From Theionarchaea archaeon (lineage in GTDB: Archaea > Methanobacteriota_B > Thermococci > Methanofastidiosales > SZ-28-30), in assembly GCA_018992685.1 (NCBI GenBank), contig JACVGT010000031.1, positions 4,185 to 68,184 of the forward strand: a DNA stretch of 64,000 nucleotides, read 5' to 3'. The first letter of the stretch is position 1. Each line of letters begins with the position of its first letter. The position numbers and the translations under genes are program-made. Shown here in pieces: positions 55,462-64,000 of the stretch. Under the pieces are notes generated by a model. That model did no database searches, had not been told where the DNA came from, and saw nothing but the letters and a program-made list of their open reading frames with translations.

Positions 55462-56430
55462 TTGATGTCCATAACTGAGAGAGACAGGAGGAGACATTAC
55501 CGCGCGATCTACGAGCTTTTCTGGTCAGAGAATTCTCGAATCCACTTGAAAGACATTGCAACAAGGATCAGAGTCAATCCCCGCACTGCGCGTCGAAGAA
55601 TGGAGGAGGCTCTTGGCCAAGGATATGTTGCAAGGCCCCAGCTTAGAAAGCGTTCATACAAGAATATGAAAGAATATGTTTGCTTCTTCAATTGTGAAAA
55701 TCCCACAGAGGCATTCCTGGATCTTGATCAAGACGGAGCTATTATTTACCGTGCACGAATGGCAGGATTTGCAAGTTTGTGGATCAATTCAACACGGAGT
55801 ATTACTGTTGATGGCACTCCTGTGATTAAGGGGTTCCGTTCGGATTATCACGTATCATATGCACCAAACAGATCTTGGGAGAAGGCAGTAGAAATCATCC
55901 GGAAAAAGATTGAGTCTTTTCAGCCAGAACTTTACGAACCTGCCTCGTACATTAGTACCCGCTGGGACAGGGCTATCCGGTGGGACAAGGAAGATGAGCA
56001 GCTATTCAGGTATTTCGAGAATGACCTGAGGAAAATCTTTCTGCCTGTCATGAAGAAACACCTAATCAGTACAGGGAAAATATATCAATTCCTGGGGAGA
56101 CTTCCTCAAAGCTGCACTGTGGTGAACAGTTACTTTCCAGAGGGAATCTCAGCATACGATCCCTACCTTTTCGTTTTTGGGACTGAATACGAAGATTTCG
56201 TTGTTGACCTGTTTTCTCAGCTCCCTACCTCAGTCTTCTTTTTCAAGGTCTCAGATATGCTGTTTTTCCTTGCACGCGTACGAAAGAATATGATGAGAGG
56301 CGAAGACCTTGGTACTTCCAGCACGCGTCAGTTGCCCATCCCGAGATTGATCAGTGAACTTCTCAGGAAGGGGATTATCGAAAGTGAGGAACATGCTGTG
56401 GTTGAGTATCACTGGACAAAGGATCTATAG
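55462..56430 (+). CDS. two-HTH putative transcriptional regulator (distant paralog of 3571..4647)
   Basis: N-terminal wHTH (IHLKDIATRIRVNPRTARRRMEEALGQGYV). The second HTH-like segment and alpha/beta segments are collinear with 3571..4647 (e.g. VVNSYFPEGISAYDPYLFVFGTEYEDFVVDLFSQLP vs FNISPFPWIESYGFLLLVEGDPEDVVKFLVNFGQ). The ATG is at 55465. Confidence 0.6.
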   Translation: MMSITERDRRRHYRAIYELFWSENSRIHLKDIATRIRVNPRTARRRMEEALGQGYVARPQLRKRSYKNMKEYVCFFNCENPTEAFLDLDQDGAIIYRARMAGFASLWINSTRSITVDGTPVIKGFRSDYHVSYAPNRSWEKAVEIIRKKIESFQPELYEPASYISTRWDRAIRWDKEDEQLFRYFENDLRKIFLPVMKKHLISTGKIYQFLGRLPQSCTVVNSYFPEGISAYDPYLFVFGTEYEDFVVDLFSQLPTSVFFFKVSDMLFFLARVRKNMMRGEDLGTSSTRQLPIPRLISELLRKGIIESEEHAVVEYHWTKDL

Positions 56431-56553
56431 AGGTCGGAATTCACTAGTCGTCGTGGCACGTGTACTACAGACTAGTTCAGGCACATGGATGTGGGCTGCA
56501 GCTGAACAGGGGATAGCATCATTATGTGAATATTTATAAATATCACTCATGAA

Positions 56554-57186
56554 ATGCTGAAAACCGCAGGATTGGTGGAAAAACCCATGACAGAACAGAC
56601 GATAGTAAGAGTTCTAGAGGATCCGAGGCAAATAGAACTGTTTGACGATCCTCCCTATGCCCGTATTCTGGTCATCTTACGGAATGGAGAACTCAATATA
56701 AAGGAGATACACAGACGCTTCAACAGGAATTATGAGGACAAGAAGGCCCTCTCTTCTATCTATAGATATATCGAAAAGCTGACTGAACTAGACCTGGTCT
56801 ATGTGAGCAAAGAGGTGAGAAAAAGGAGACATCTCACCGAGAGTTACTACTCGAGAACTGGAAAATTCTTCGTCTTTAGCGACAAGGATATTCTCAAGGC
56901 AACGGCTGGTCTGTTCTCACAGGTGTATGATCTGGACGAAGAGAAGGAGCAGGAGCTTGAAAAACTCCTTCTTGAATATGACAAGAAGAGGTTACGGCTT
57001 GATGGGGACTTTTACAGGGACTATTCGCAGATGTTGCTTGAGACGGAGAAGGAATATGGATTCAAAATACTTGCAGAGGCAATCTGTATCATGCGTCAGA
57101 TCCTCTATCCCAGAAAATATCCCGAATTAGGAAAGAATATATTTGAATTCCTTGAGAATGCAAAGGGTCCCTCAGTGGTGAAGTAG
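56554..57186 (+). CDS. ArsR-like wHTH transcriptional regulator with helical C-terminal domain
   Basis: ARILVILRNGELNIKEIHRRFN...SIYRYIEKLTELDLVYVSKE. The likely true start is ATG 56587 (MTEQTIVRVLEDP), given the TATA-like TTTATAAA at 56536-56543. Confidence 0.6.
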   Translation: MLKTAGLVEKPMTEQTIVRVLEDPRQIELFDDPPYARILVILRNGELNIKEIHRRFNRNYEDKKALSSIYRYIEKLTELDLVYVSKEVRKRRHLTESYYSRTGKFFVFSDKDILKATAGLFSQVYDLDEEKEQELEKLLLEYDKKRLRLDGDFYRDYSQMLLETEKEYGFKILAEAICIMRQILYPRKYPELGKNIFEFLENAKGPSVVK

Positions 57187-57436
57187 TCTCATCTCTGAGT
57201 GGTAGTCCGGATTGCTCGTGTGGCTCAGGTTTGTGAGGGCTGCTAGCCCCCTCAGTCAAAGGCTTTCATTCTCTTCTCTAATCGAATTCACAGTGGGACT
57301 CTTATGCACTCTACCTTCGTCAGTTCAGAGGAATTCGAGCTGTACACCAAGGACTATACTGGAATTGCGTCCATCAGATGACACAGTCTGATATCCTGGT
57401 TTTAGTATTTTGAAACCAAGGAATTGCCGCTGAAAT

Positions 57437-58339
57437 TCACGAAATCCAGCTCATGATCTCGCCCTGAATTGACCACTCACCGTCTTTCTTGACCAGGAGA
57501 ACATAGAACCCTGCACCGAATAACCAATCACATTGGCCCCCCAAGTACACGAGAGCTTTGCTCATATCTGCATTGAACCCAACACGAGATAAGGTGAGAA
57601 TGCCCTGCGCATCAGGATATCGTGAATAGAACTCACTCCAGCCACTGGAGTCCTTGAAAATCTCTCTGGATTCGTCTGGTTCTAGGAGGAGAACCTTCTT
57701 GCGGATATCGAAGCTATCTTCAAGGGGGTAAGATTTCCCATTCTTGTCAATGAAGTCATCGATCATTTCCTGTGTCACAGAAGGCATTTCGTCTCTCACC
57801 CATTCGAGAGCCTCTGACAAGTCACCGTAACCGAACACGCCTGTGGAGGTGTACTTTTCGATGACGATCACTTCTATTTGGTCATAGTCCCGGAAACAGG
57901 AGACAATCAGATCGAATCCTTTCTCGATCAGTGCACTGTTTACTCTGTACTCTTCAGCCAATACTTTGTCAGAGGGAGGAGGCGTAGAGGAAGGAGGAGG
58001 GCTATACCCACACGATTCAGAATTCTCCTCAATGAGATGATCAGATACACACTCCCCATTGAGGCAGGTCATTTTCCACAGTTCAGTTGAAATGCACGCA
58101 TTGTCACATACTACGTCCCGACAGGGGTCATATCCACACATGGGTGAATTCTCTTCTACAACCCGGGCGTCAACACACTCTCCATTGATGCAAGTCTGTT
58201 TCCAAAGCGCTTCTCCCCTGCACACGTTACCGCAGGTGACATCCTCACAGGGATTCTGCCCAATGCATGAGAGCATCAACACGATCGAGATGATGAGCCC
58301 ATAGACGATTCTCATGGTAACAATTTGACTCGAAATCAT
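57437..58339 (-). CDS. secreted/anchored protein with two tandem Cys-rich modules and a C-terminal globular domain
   Basis: Hydrophobic N-terminus. Modules CEDVTCGNVCRGEALWKQTCINGECVDARVVEENSPMCGYDPC and CRDVVCDNACISTELWKMTCLNGECVSDHLIEENSESCGYSP. PPPSSTPPPS linker. Start is either 58339 or 58315. Confidence 0.55.
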   Translation of the reverse strand: MISSQIVTMRIVYGLIISIVLMLSCIGQNPCEDVTCGNVCRGEALWKQTCINGECVDARVVEENSPMCGYDPCRDVVCDNACISTELWKMTCLNGECVSDHLIEENSESCGYSPPPSSTPPPSDKVLAEEYRVNSALIEKGFDLIVSCFRDYDQIEVIVIEKYTSTGVFGYGDLSEALEWVRDEMPSVTQEMIDDFIDKNGKSYPLEDSFDIRKKVLLLEPDESREIFKDSSGWSEFYSRYPDAQGILTLSRVGFNADMSKALVYLGGQCDWLFGAGFYVLLVKKDGEWSIQGEIMSWIS

Positions 58340-58369
58340 ATAAGAGTTATGGCAAAGAGAGAAGGAAGT

Positions 58370-59122
58370 TTATCTTGCTCCCCAGACACAGTATACGCTG
58401 CTGTATTCAGATTTACCATACAGTCTTGCGTCTTTTTCCAGCTGCAATATCTTTTTCTTGAAAGCATTTCTCAATCCATCATCTTTGATGTTGGAAATGT
58501 ACATCAACATGTTTTCGATGTACTCTCCAAAGGATTCTGACAATTTCCTCTCAGAGATTTTCTCATGGGATATATCCTTAAATCCAATGTCGTGCAATGT
58601 CTCACAGATCCATTCTGGAGGCAGCTCTTCATGATGATGATCTCCAACCAGTTCAGCCACCGCTTTGTAGACCCTCCAGGCATCCTGGGCAATTTCATCA
58701 GCTTTATTCTTCACAGCAGCTGATTCCAGAGGGTAGTAATCAATGATCAGAAGAATGCCATCTGGTTTTAGAACTCTGAAAAACTCCTTGAAAACCTGCA
58801 GTACTTTGAATGGAGTCTCTGCGGGTATGGAGCTCACGGTAGAGTGGGAGACAATAGCATCTATTGAGGCGTCCTGCAGGAAATCCATCCTGGCAAGGTT
58901 CCCTTTAACAAACTCCACCTTTGACGACAGGTTGGCATCTTCAATTCTCTCAACTGCACTGTCAGCTGTATCCATGTCAACACTGATGACCTTCCCCTTG
59001 ATTCGCTGTGCAAGTTCCAGAGTAGTATTCCCTGCGCCCGTTGCAGCATCAAGGATGTTCAAATCCTCGTTTTCAAGTTTTTGAAAGAGCTGCTCCAGCA
59101 CACTGACTACTTTTTCTTTCAT
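58370..59122 (-). CDS. class I SAM-dependent methyltransferase
   Basis: Motif I ILDAATGAGNTTLELA; post-I VISVDMD; LKPDGILLIIDY. SD GGTGGTGA upstream. Confidence 0.85.
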   Translation of the reverse strand: MKEKVVSVLEQLFQKLENEDLNILDAATGAGNTTLELAQRIKGKVISVDMDTADSAVERIEDANLSSKVEFVKGNLARMDFLQDASIDAIVSHSTVSSIPAETPFKVLQVFKEFFRVLKPDGILLIIDYYPLESAAVKNKADEIAQDAWRVYKAVAELVGDHHHEELPPEWICETLHDIGFKDISHEKISERKLSESFGEYIENMLMYISNIKDDGLRNAFKKKILQLEKDARLYGKSEYSSVYCVWGAR

Positions 59123-59233
59123 CTTCTCACCACCTGTATTCCGGTTTCACATGAGGAGTGTTTCCTTGTGAGAACGCTCCACAGACTCCACTGGAACAGT
59201 TCTGGATTCACTTCTATACGGCTACATTCATGT

Positions 59234-59650
59234 TCATTCAAGTAACTCTTTCATTCTTTTGAGACTGGTTTCCATATTCTTTTCCATTTCCTTGGAGATT
59301 TTGATCTTGTCGAAAATCTTTCCCAGGACACCAGGGATGTCGTAGTCCATTACCATCTCAACTTCGGTTCCCTGGACAGAAGGGACGAGGTTCCAGGAGC
59401 CTGAAGCAACGAAGTCTCCCATTGATTTCCATACGATTTTCTCGTTTTCGATGTTTTCAACCATTTCTGTGTCAAACTCCATGGCTCTCCCTGCCATTTC
59501 CAATGTCCAATGAGCTGTTGTGTCCCCCGTCATCTTGATGTTTTTGGCACCTTCCATGAACTTCGTGTAGCCTTCAATGTCAGAGCAAAGAGCATAGACT
59601 TTCTCAATTGACGCCCTGATTTCTGATTTTTTCTCAATTCTGGCCAACAT
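59234..59650 (-). CDS. SRPBCC (polyketide cyclase/dehydrase-like) protein
   Basis: MLARIEKKSEIRASIEKVYALCSDIEGYTKFMEG...WTLEMAGRAMEFDTEMVE...IVWKS. ATG 59650 follows SD GGAGGTGG. Confidence 0.75.
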   Translation of the reverse strand: MLARIEKKSEIRASIEKVYALCSDIEGYTKFMEGAKNIKMTGDTTAHWTLEMAGRAMEFDTEMVENIENEKIVWKSMGDFVASGSWNLVPSVQGTEVEMVMDYDIPGVLGKIFDKIKISKEMEKNMETSLKRMKELLE

Positions 59651-59903
59651 ACCACCTCCTCTTCTGTAGATTCTCACCTTCTGTTAAAAAAAGGTTACTG
59701 CGAGCTTCTCCATCTGTCTCGCAGGGACACGGGATTCAACAGAATGTCACTTTTCAATTGACTAGAGATGTCACAATCATGCCACATAATAACATACTCA
59801 TGAGATTGTAGCAGGGTATTACAACGATTGGACGGCTGCGGCCTCCGAACTACTCTGCATTCACTGTATGAAAGGCAGACAGAGATCTCTTTCTTCTGCA
59901 TAA

Positions 59904-60656
59904 GTGGCAGTTACTTATAAGTTTTTGGTTTTTCTTTTAGAAGTTCTCAGCTTGCTGAATGAGAACCTTTCTACGCTAAATCATCAGATTGGATCGATCA
60001 CGTCGTTCTTGACATTGATCCTGGCATTGATGAGAGAGATCAGCCATATTTCTAGAGATATCAATCCCAAATCGGCATTCTCAACAGGTTTCAGTTCCTA
60101 CACTTCGAGTTTTCTAATGCATATTTCACCGCCACAGACTTCTCCAACTGTTTATTCAACACCTGAAGGTGAATATGACTATGTGGCGTCTTCACCTTAT
60201 TATAGAGCTTCTTTCAAGGGGGCCCAGGTCAGGATCAGTGTTTCTGGAGGGTGGGTTGAATTCAATCTCAGAGAGAAAAGGTTGAAAGTTGGAGAAGAGG
60301 CAAATTCTGACATTTCGATGAGCAACAAGGAAAGAACGTCTTTTGGCAAGAACCTCATATCCGTGAGCAAAAACAAGTTGTTTGTTTCAAATATATTCGA
60401 GGGTAACGATTTGTCCTACATTGCAGAAACTTCCATACTTCAAGAGACTCTGGTCCTCAGTCAATACGAACCCTTGGAACGGATAGTTTCAGAGATTTCG
60501 TGGGACGGATTGACACCTGAATTCCAGGAGGATGGATCAATACTCTTTTCAGGGGGAAAACCAGTCCTCAGAATCTTTCCACCCACGATGACTGATGCTC
60601 TTGGGAATATCTGTAATAGTCTTCACTACGAACAGGATACGAATTGCACAAGGTGA
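59904..60656 (+). CDS. hypothetical protein, possibly a truncated fragment
   Basis: The second half looks protein-like and beta-rich (YRASFKGAQVRISVSGGWVEFNL...ILFSGGKPVLRIFPPTMTDALGN) but ends abruptly at the 17-bp duplication junction. The start is unclear. Confidence 0.35.
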   Translation: MAVTYKFLVFLLEVLSLLNENLSTLNHQIGSITSFLTLILALMREISHISRDINPKSAFSTGFSSYTSSFLMHISPPQTSPTVYSTPEGEYDYVASSPYYRASFKGAQVRISVSGGWVEFNLREKRLKVGEEANSDISMSNKERTSFGKNLISVSKNKLFVSNIFEGNDLSYIAETSILQETLVLSQYEPLERIVSEISWDGLTPEFQEDGSILFSGGKPVLRIFPPTMTDALGNICNSLHYEQDTNCTR

Positions 60657-60952
60657 TAGGAGGCACAAGGTGATACGAGATGTCGTATGCCATCAACTAC
60701 ATGATTAGATGCTTTATCAACCTTGTTCTTCTCAAAAAGGAGATTAACAATCCCAGGATAACCAAGGTCTCTAATGAGTTCTTCTCCCCTGTCCTGCAGT
60801 TCTCTTCTTGAATAGATAGTCCTTTCTTTCTTTACTATGTCCCCTACGAGCTTTCCAAAACTCAAATATTTGTATCCTCTTTCAATAAGGATAGTGCACA
60901 ATGTGGTTTTACCTGCTCCAATGGGCCCTGAGACACCTATGAATTTCCACAT
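60626..60952 (-). CDS. P-loop NTPase/kinase (AAA-kinase/dephospho-CoA-kinase-like), probably C-terminally truncated
   Basis: Walker A GVSGPIGAGKTT and VVDGIRH are followed by a 17-aa tail encoded by the 17-bp duplication. It is 108 aa, whereas about 170-200 aa is typical for the family. Confidence 0.55.
   Translation of the reverse strand: MWKFIGVSGPIGAGKTTLCTILIERGYKYLSFGKLVGDIVKKERTIYSRRELQDRGEELIRDLGYPGIVNLLFEKNKVDKASNHVVDGIRHLVSPCASYHLVQFVSCS
60646..60679. repeat. 17-bp tandem duplication (16/17 identical)
   Basis: gcacaaggtgataggag followed by gcacaaggtgatacgag, located exactly where two convergent, apparently truncated ORFs meet. Confidence 0.85.
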
Positions 60953-61698
60953 TTTTCTTCACACTTCATGAATATACCTGTACCCTGTAAATGAAACACG
61001 TTCTTGTCCCCGAGGACCTCTCTCGCAGCCATCCTTTCTCCTACAGTCTTGATCCAGTTCTCAGAATAATAGTGGTCAAAGGCCAGTATCCCTCCCCTTG
61101 GGATATTCTCATAGACGAGCTCAAGGGCAGCCTTCGTTGGACTATAGTTATCGGTGTCAAAGAAGGAGAATGCGAAACTTTTTCCCTCTAAGACATGAAT
61201 GTTATCCACTATATCTCCTCTAACAAGTTCAATATCATAGTTCTTGCAGTAGGTTTGAACAAAGTCAACATCTTTGAATTCACACGTTGTTTCGCTGAAC
61301 AGATCCAGAGTACTTCTTCTCGGAGGATATCCAGCAAATGTGTCAAAAGTATAGATTTTCTTATTGTTTCCAAGCATCTCAAGGACTTTTGCCATGAAAA
61401 CTGTTGTCCCGCCCTGGAACGTTCCAAATTCAGCCACATCGCCTGGGACAGCGTTGTCAGTAATGTAGAGAAGCGACTGATAAATGTGAGTTAGCATAAG
61501 AGGGTAGCCATGTGCTTTAGGTTTAACAGGAAGCGATTCAAGGATTCCTTGGAAACATGGGTCATCAAATTCATAGTTCCTAGTTCCATAAAGGATAATC
61601 TGTGGCATCCTTCCATCAATGGCGGAGAATGCCTTAAGGACTTCTTCCTTTTCCATATCATAAAGAATAACCAATGTATCGAATTCCATGTGTTGCAC
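60937..61698 (-). CDS. TylF/macrocin-O-methyltransferase-like SAM-dependent methyltransferase domain
   Basis: VPGDVAEFGTFQGGTTVFMA, YTFDTFAGYPP, SFFDTDNYSPTKAALELVYENIPRGGILAFDHY. Confidence 0.8.
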   Translation of the reverse strand: MQHMEFDTLVILYDMEKEEVLKAFSAIDGRMPQIILYGTRNYEFDDPCFQGILESLPVKPKAHGYPLMLTHIYQSLLYITDNAVPGDVAEFGTFQGGTTVFMAKVLEMLGNNKKIYTFDTFAGYPPRRSTLDLFSETTCEFKDVDFVQTYCKNYDIELVRGDIVDNIHVLEGKSFAFSFFDTDNYSPTKAALELVYENIPRGGILAFDHYYSENWIKTVGERMAAREVLGDKNVFHLQGTGIFMKCEEKCGNS

Positions 61699-61907
61699 TT
61701 CTTTGGGGGATTTACCTCAAGATCAAAGATTCTCAACCCATGCTTTGAAGAGTCGTGATCTACAATCCCCGCTATGTAATGCGACAATCCCACGACATGA
61801 AGATGGGAGACCAACTGAATGCATTCAAGAGTGAATCCCCAAAAAAGTATCTTGCTGTCTTCTTGGATGCACCTGAGAATTTCATTCTGCACCCTGCAGT
61901 ACTCCAT
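61491..61907 (-). CDS. Rossmann-like N-terminal fragment, probably the frameshifted 5' part of the TylF-like gene
   Basis: Only the first ~68 codons look genuine (MEYCRVQNEILRCIQEDSKILFWGFTLECIQLVSHL...IAGIVDHDSSKHGLRIFDLEV). The rest overlaps the methyltransferase ORF out of frame. Confidence 0.4.
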   Translation of the reverse strand: MEYCRVQNEILRCIQEDSKILFWGFTLECIQLVSHLHVVGLSHYIAGIVDHDSSKHGLRIFDLEVNPPKKCNTWNSIHWLFFMIWKRKKSLRHSPPLMEGCHRLSFMELGTMNLMTHVSKESLNRFLLNLKHMATLLC

Positions 61908-61917
61908 GTCATTCTTG

Positions 61918-62901
61918 TCACTTATCACGTGATCCTCCTCCCTCATTCAATCTGGCCCTGATATATGCTGTAACAAGAAGGGTGAGATAGTCGATCTCTT
62001 CATCTCTAAGATCTCTTCCTTCAGGAATTCCATGCCAGTACTGGATGCACTTCCTACAACACGTTCCTGTTGCATGCTGGGCATAGTAAATGATATTGCC
62101 CTGGTATGGTGTTTGATACCCATCACGGTAGGGCTGCAACCTGCCTTTCAAATCATAGACAGTCCCAACGGATTTCTGTATTCTCTTTCTCGAAAGGACC
62201 TGAAGGTCTGTCTTCCTGGAAATAGCATGGTCCAGAGCTTTCTGATCAATCTCTACATTCCACCAGTGAGTTCTCCACCATTCTTTCTTGAGCTCCTGGA
62301 TAGTGGCAGCAATATCATCACTATCTCTGCGGTGAAGCCTTTTCCAGTCTACAACATCAGCGCCGCAATTCCTGCAGCAGGGGTATCCCTCTTTGTTTCG
62401 AATAGAAGACTTGAAAAAAGAATGCAGCCCGCTCTCACAATCAGAGAAGTAAGGATTCATGTCACTTTTTTTCGGTGGTCCATCAAGCGTCTCCTGGACA
62501 TATTTCTGATTCTCCTGGCTCCATACAACCCAGCCTCTTCTGTCAGTCTTTCTAACGTAGTAGGGGATTACTTCACTGACATTATCTAGGAAAACCAGAG
62601 TTGCATACCTACTATTCTTTATCTCACGCAGGAAATCGTTCTTAATCTGGAGACCATCATTGAAAGAATTGACAAGTTCCTGAATCCTCTCTGAAGTCAG
62701 TCCTTCGAAGTACTTTGTATCTTTAACAATTGCCTCCCCCCTCACAGGGCCCCTACTCTCTTTTAGGAGAATCTTGTCACCTTTACTAACCTTTCTGAAA
62801 GGAGGAGCCTTCACTTTCGAGAATCTTGCCTCTATTGTCTTTTTTCCTTCCAGAATCAGGTCAAGATACTCTTTATATAGAACTGCCAGGTGGATCTTCA
62901 T
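61918..62901 (-). CDS. ASCH domain - linker - DUF4186 fusion protein
   Basis: N-terminus is MKIHLAVLYKEYLDLILEGKKTIEARFSKVKAPPFRKVSKGDKILLKESRGPVRGEAIV (ASCH). C-terminus is TPYQGNIIYYAQHATGTCCRKCIQYWHGIPEGRDLRDEEIDYL (DUF4186 signature as I recall it). ATG 62901 overlaps the upstream ORF (ATGA). Confidence 0.7.
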   Translation of the reverse strand: MKIHLAVLYKEYLDLILEGKKTIEARFSKVKAPPFRKVSKGDKILLKESRGPVRGEAIVKDTKYFEGLTSERIQELVNSFNDGLQIKNDFLREIKNSRYATLVFLDNVSEVIPYYVRKTDRRGWVVWSQENQKYVQETLDGPPKKSDMNPYFSDCESGLHSFFKSSIRNKEGYPCCRNCGADVVDWKRLHRRDSDDIAATIQELKKEWWRTHWWNVEIDQKALDHAISRKTDLQVLSRKRIQKSVGTVYDLKGRLQPYRDGYQTPYQGNIIYYAQHATGTCCRKCIQYWHGIPEGRDLRDEEIDYLTLLVTAYIRARLNEGGGSRDK

Positions 62902-63143
62902 GTAGACCACCTTTCTTTCCTGCACGAGCAAAATACAGTCTCCAGGATTTTCCTGTATTCGCCCACATATGGCTGACAAGTAGATATCTGCATGTCATTG
63001 TGGTACAGGATATTGTGAATCTCAAGGAGCTTCTTCAACCTATACTGCAAGGGAGGGTAGAAATCATCCATATACTTGTCTGTGAGGTTCTGCGTCATTT
63101 TCTTGAACTCCTCAGGAAATCGTCTGATCAATGAACGTTTCAT
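62898..63143 (-). CDS. hypothetical 81-aa protein
   Basis: ORF track. It is translationally coupled (ATGA) to the ASCH-DUF4186 gene. No family recognised. Confidence 0.4.
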   Translation of the reverse strand: MKRSLIRRFPEEFKKMTQNLTDKYMDDFYPPLQYRLKKLLEIHNILYHNDMQISTCQPYVGEYRKILETVFCSCRKERWST

Positions 63144-63202
63144 TCTTTCATCACTTCTGAGAAATCCAACACATACATTGTCGACTTCTGCTCCTGCAAA
63201 AG

Positions 63203-64000
63203 CTACAATGGAACCCCTCTCTCTTCTAGAAGTGCAGGCAAATATATGTGAAAAGTTGTGCCCAAGCCTACTTCAGACTCCACATCGATGTACCCATCAT
63301 GGTCTTTGATGATAGCATGACTGATAGCCAGCCCTAATCCATTTCCTTGCTTCTTTGTTGTAAAATAAGGATCAAATATCTTTCTCAGATTTTCCTTCAT
63401 TATCCCCATTCCTCTATCTTGCACAGATATCTTCACGTATTTCCCTCTCTTCATAGGAAATATATCACTCCTTTCAACGATGACATTTTCAGCACCTACT
63501 TTGATAGTTCCGCTTGCATCCATTGCTTCAGCTGCATTGGTAATGAGATTCCTGATTACTGCACAAATTTCCGTTTCGTTGATACTTACTAGCCACAAAT
63601 CATCCTGTATTGCACATTCACACTTGGAATTCAATCCATTAAGGGTAGACTCCCTTGTATCTTTCAGTAGCTTTGATAGGGAAACTATTTCTTTTTCTGC
63701 TTTTTTTAGTGCTCCCTGCGAAGATACAATAAGGAATTGCTGAACCACATCTCTTCCTCTCAAAGCTGCTTTCTCTATTTGTGTCAAAATTCTAGAGATA
63801 TCCTCTTCTTGATTGGCATGGGCTCTAGCTAGAAAAACATTCAGTTGAATTGAAGTAAGAATATTCTTGAAGTCATGAGCAATTCTACTTACGGCTGCAT
63901 CAGGTTCATCCGGCGAATGGATGAAAGATCCACTCCCCAATTGAGGCAGTGCTTTACTCAGCTTTGTACTCATCATATCGTCTTCCCATGTATTCTTTTC
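63203..64000 (-). CDS. sensor histidine kinase (partial; N-terminus probably outside window)
   Basis: H box IAHDFKNILTSI; N box IRNLITNAAEAM; G1 VQDRGMGI; G2 GNGLGLAISHAI. The frame stays open from 63976 to the window edge. Confidence 0.85.
   Translation of the reverse strand, partial: EKNTWEDDMMSTKLSKALPQLGSGSFIHSPDEPDAAVSRIAHDFKNILTSIQLNVFLARAHANQEEDISRILTQIEKAALRGRDVVQQFLIVSSQGALKKAEKEIVSLSKLLKDTRESTLNGLNSKCECAIQDDLWLVSINETEICAVIRNLITNAAEAMDASGTIKVGAENVIVERSDIFPMKRGKYVKISVQDRGMGIMKENLRKIFDPYFTTKKQGNGLGLAISHAIIKDHDGYIDVESEVGLGTTFHIYLPALLEERGVPL

Overview
The window reads as archaeal chromosomal DNA. The evidence is transcription factor S, FBP aldolase/phosphatase, an L13e-like protein, DUF835, an NFACT protein, a two-subunit 2-oxoacid:ferredoxin oxidoreductase, HdrCBA-MvhD, and a tRNA-Cys with no encoded CCA. 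Many first genes also have an AT-rich TATA-like box 28-31 nt upstream of the ATG, and internal operon genes use GGTGAT-type Shine-Dalgarno sites. The lineage is probably TACK/Asgard-like or another uncultured anaerobe; I cannot place it from sequence alone. Spot counts give about 45-52% GC in core genes and about 35-38% in some accessory blocks. Roughly 65 protein genes and one tRNA are supportable. I recognised no rRNA, CRISPR array, transposase or integrase. All family names are from by-eye motif recognition, not searches. The candidates most worth a second look are: (1) a tightly coupled 7-gene operon (DUF134, Mrp/NBP35, two NifX-like, DUF5320, two MinD/CooC-like ATPases with ferredoxin inserts) with no client enzyme nearby, one gene of which has no canonical start codon; (2) a 5-gene operon joining an encapsulated-ferritin-like protein (no encapsulin, no targeting peptide), a 4-TM His-rich cytochrome-b-like membrane protein, OFOR alpha/beta and a peroxiredoxin; (3) an hdrCBA-mvhD operon with a tandem-duplicated 896-aa HdrA and no hydrogenase; (4) a bacterial Pol II-like family B polymerase; (5) an AT-rich block at the right end holding a histidine kinase, an ASCH-DUF4186 fusion, a TylF-like methyltransferase and a truncated P-loop kinase. 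Two single-nucleotide frameshifts sit in otherwise good genes (52.47 kb and 61.70 kb). They are either real pseudogenes or draft-assembly errors.
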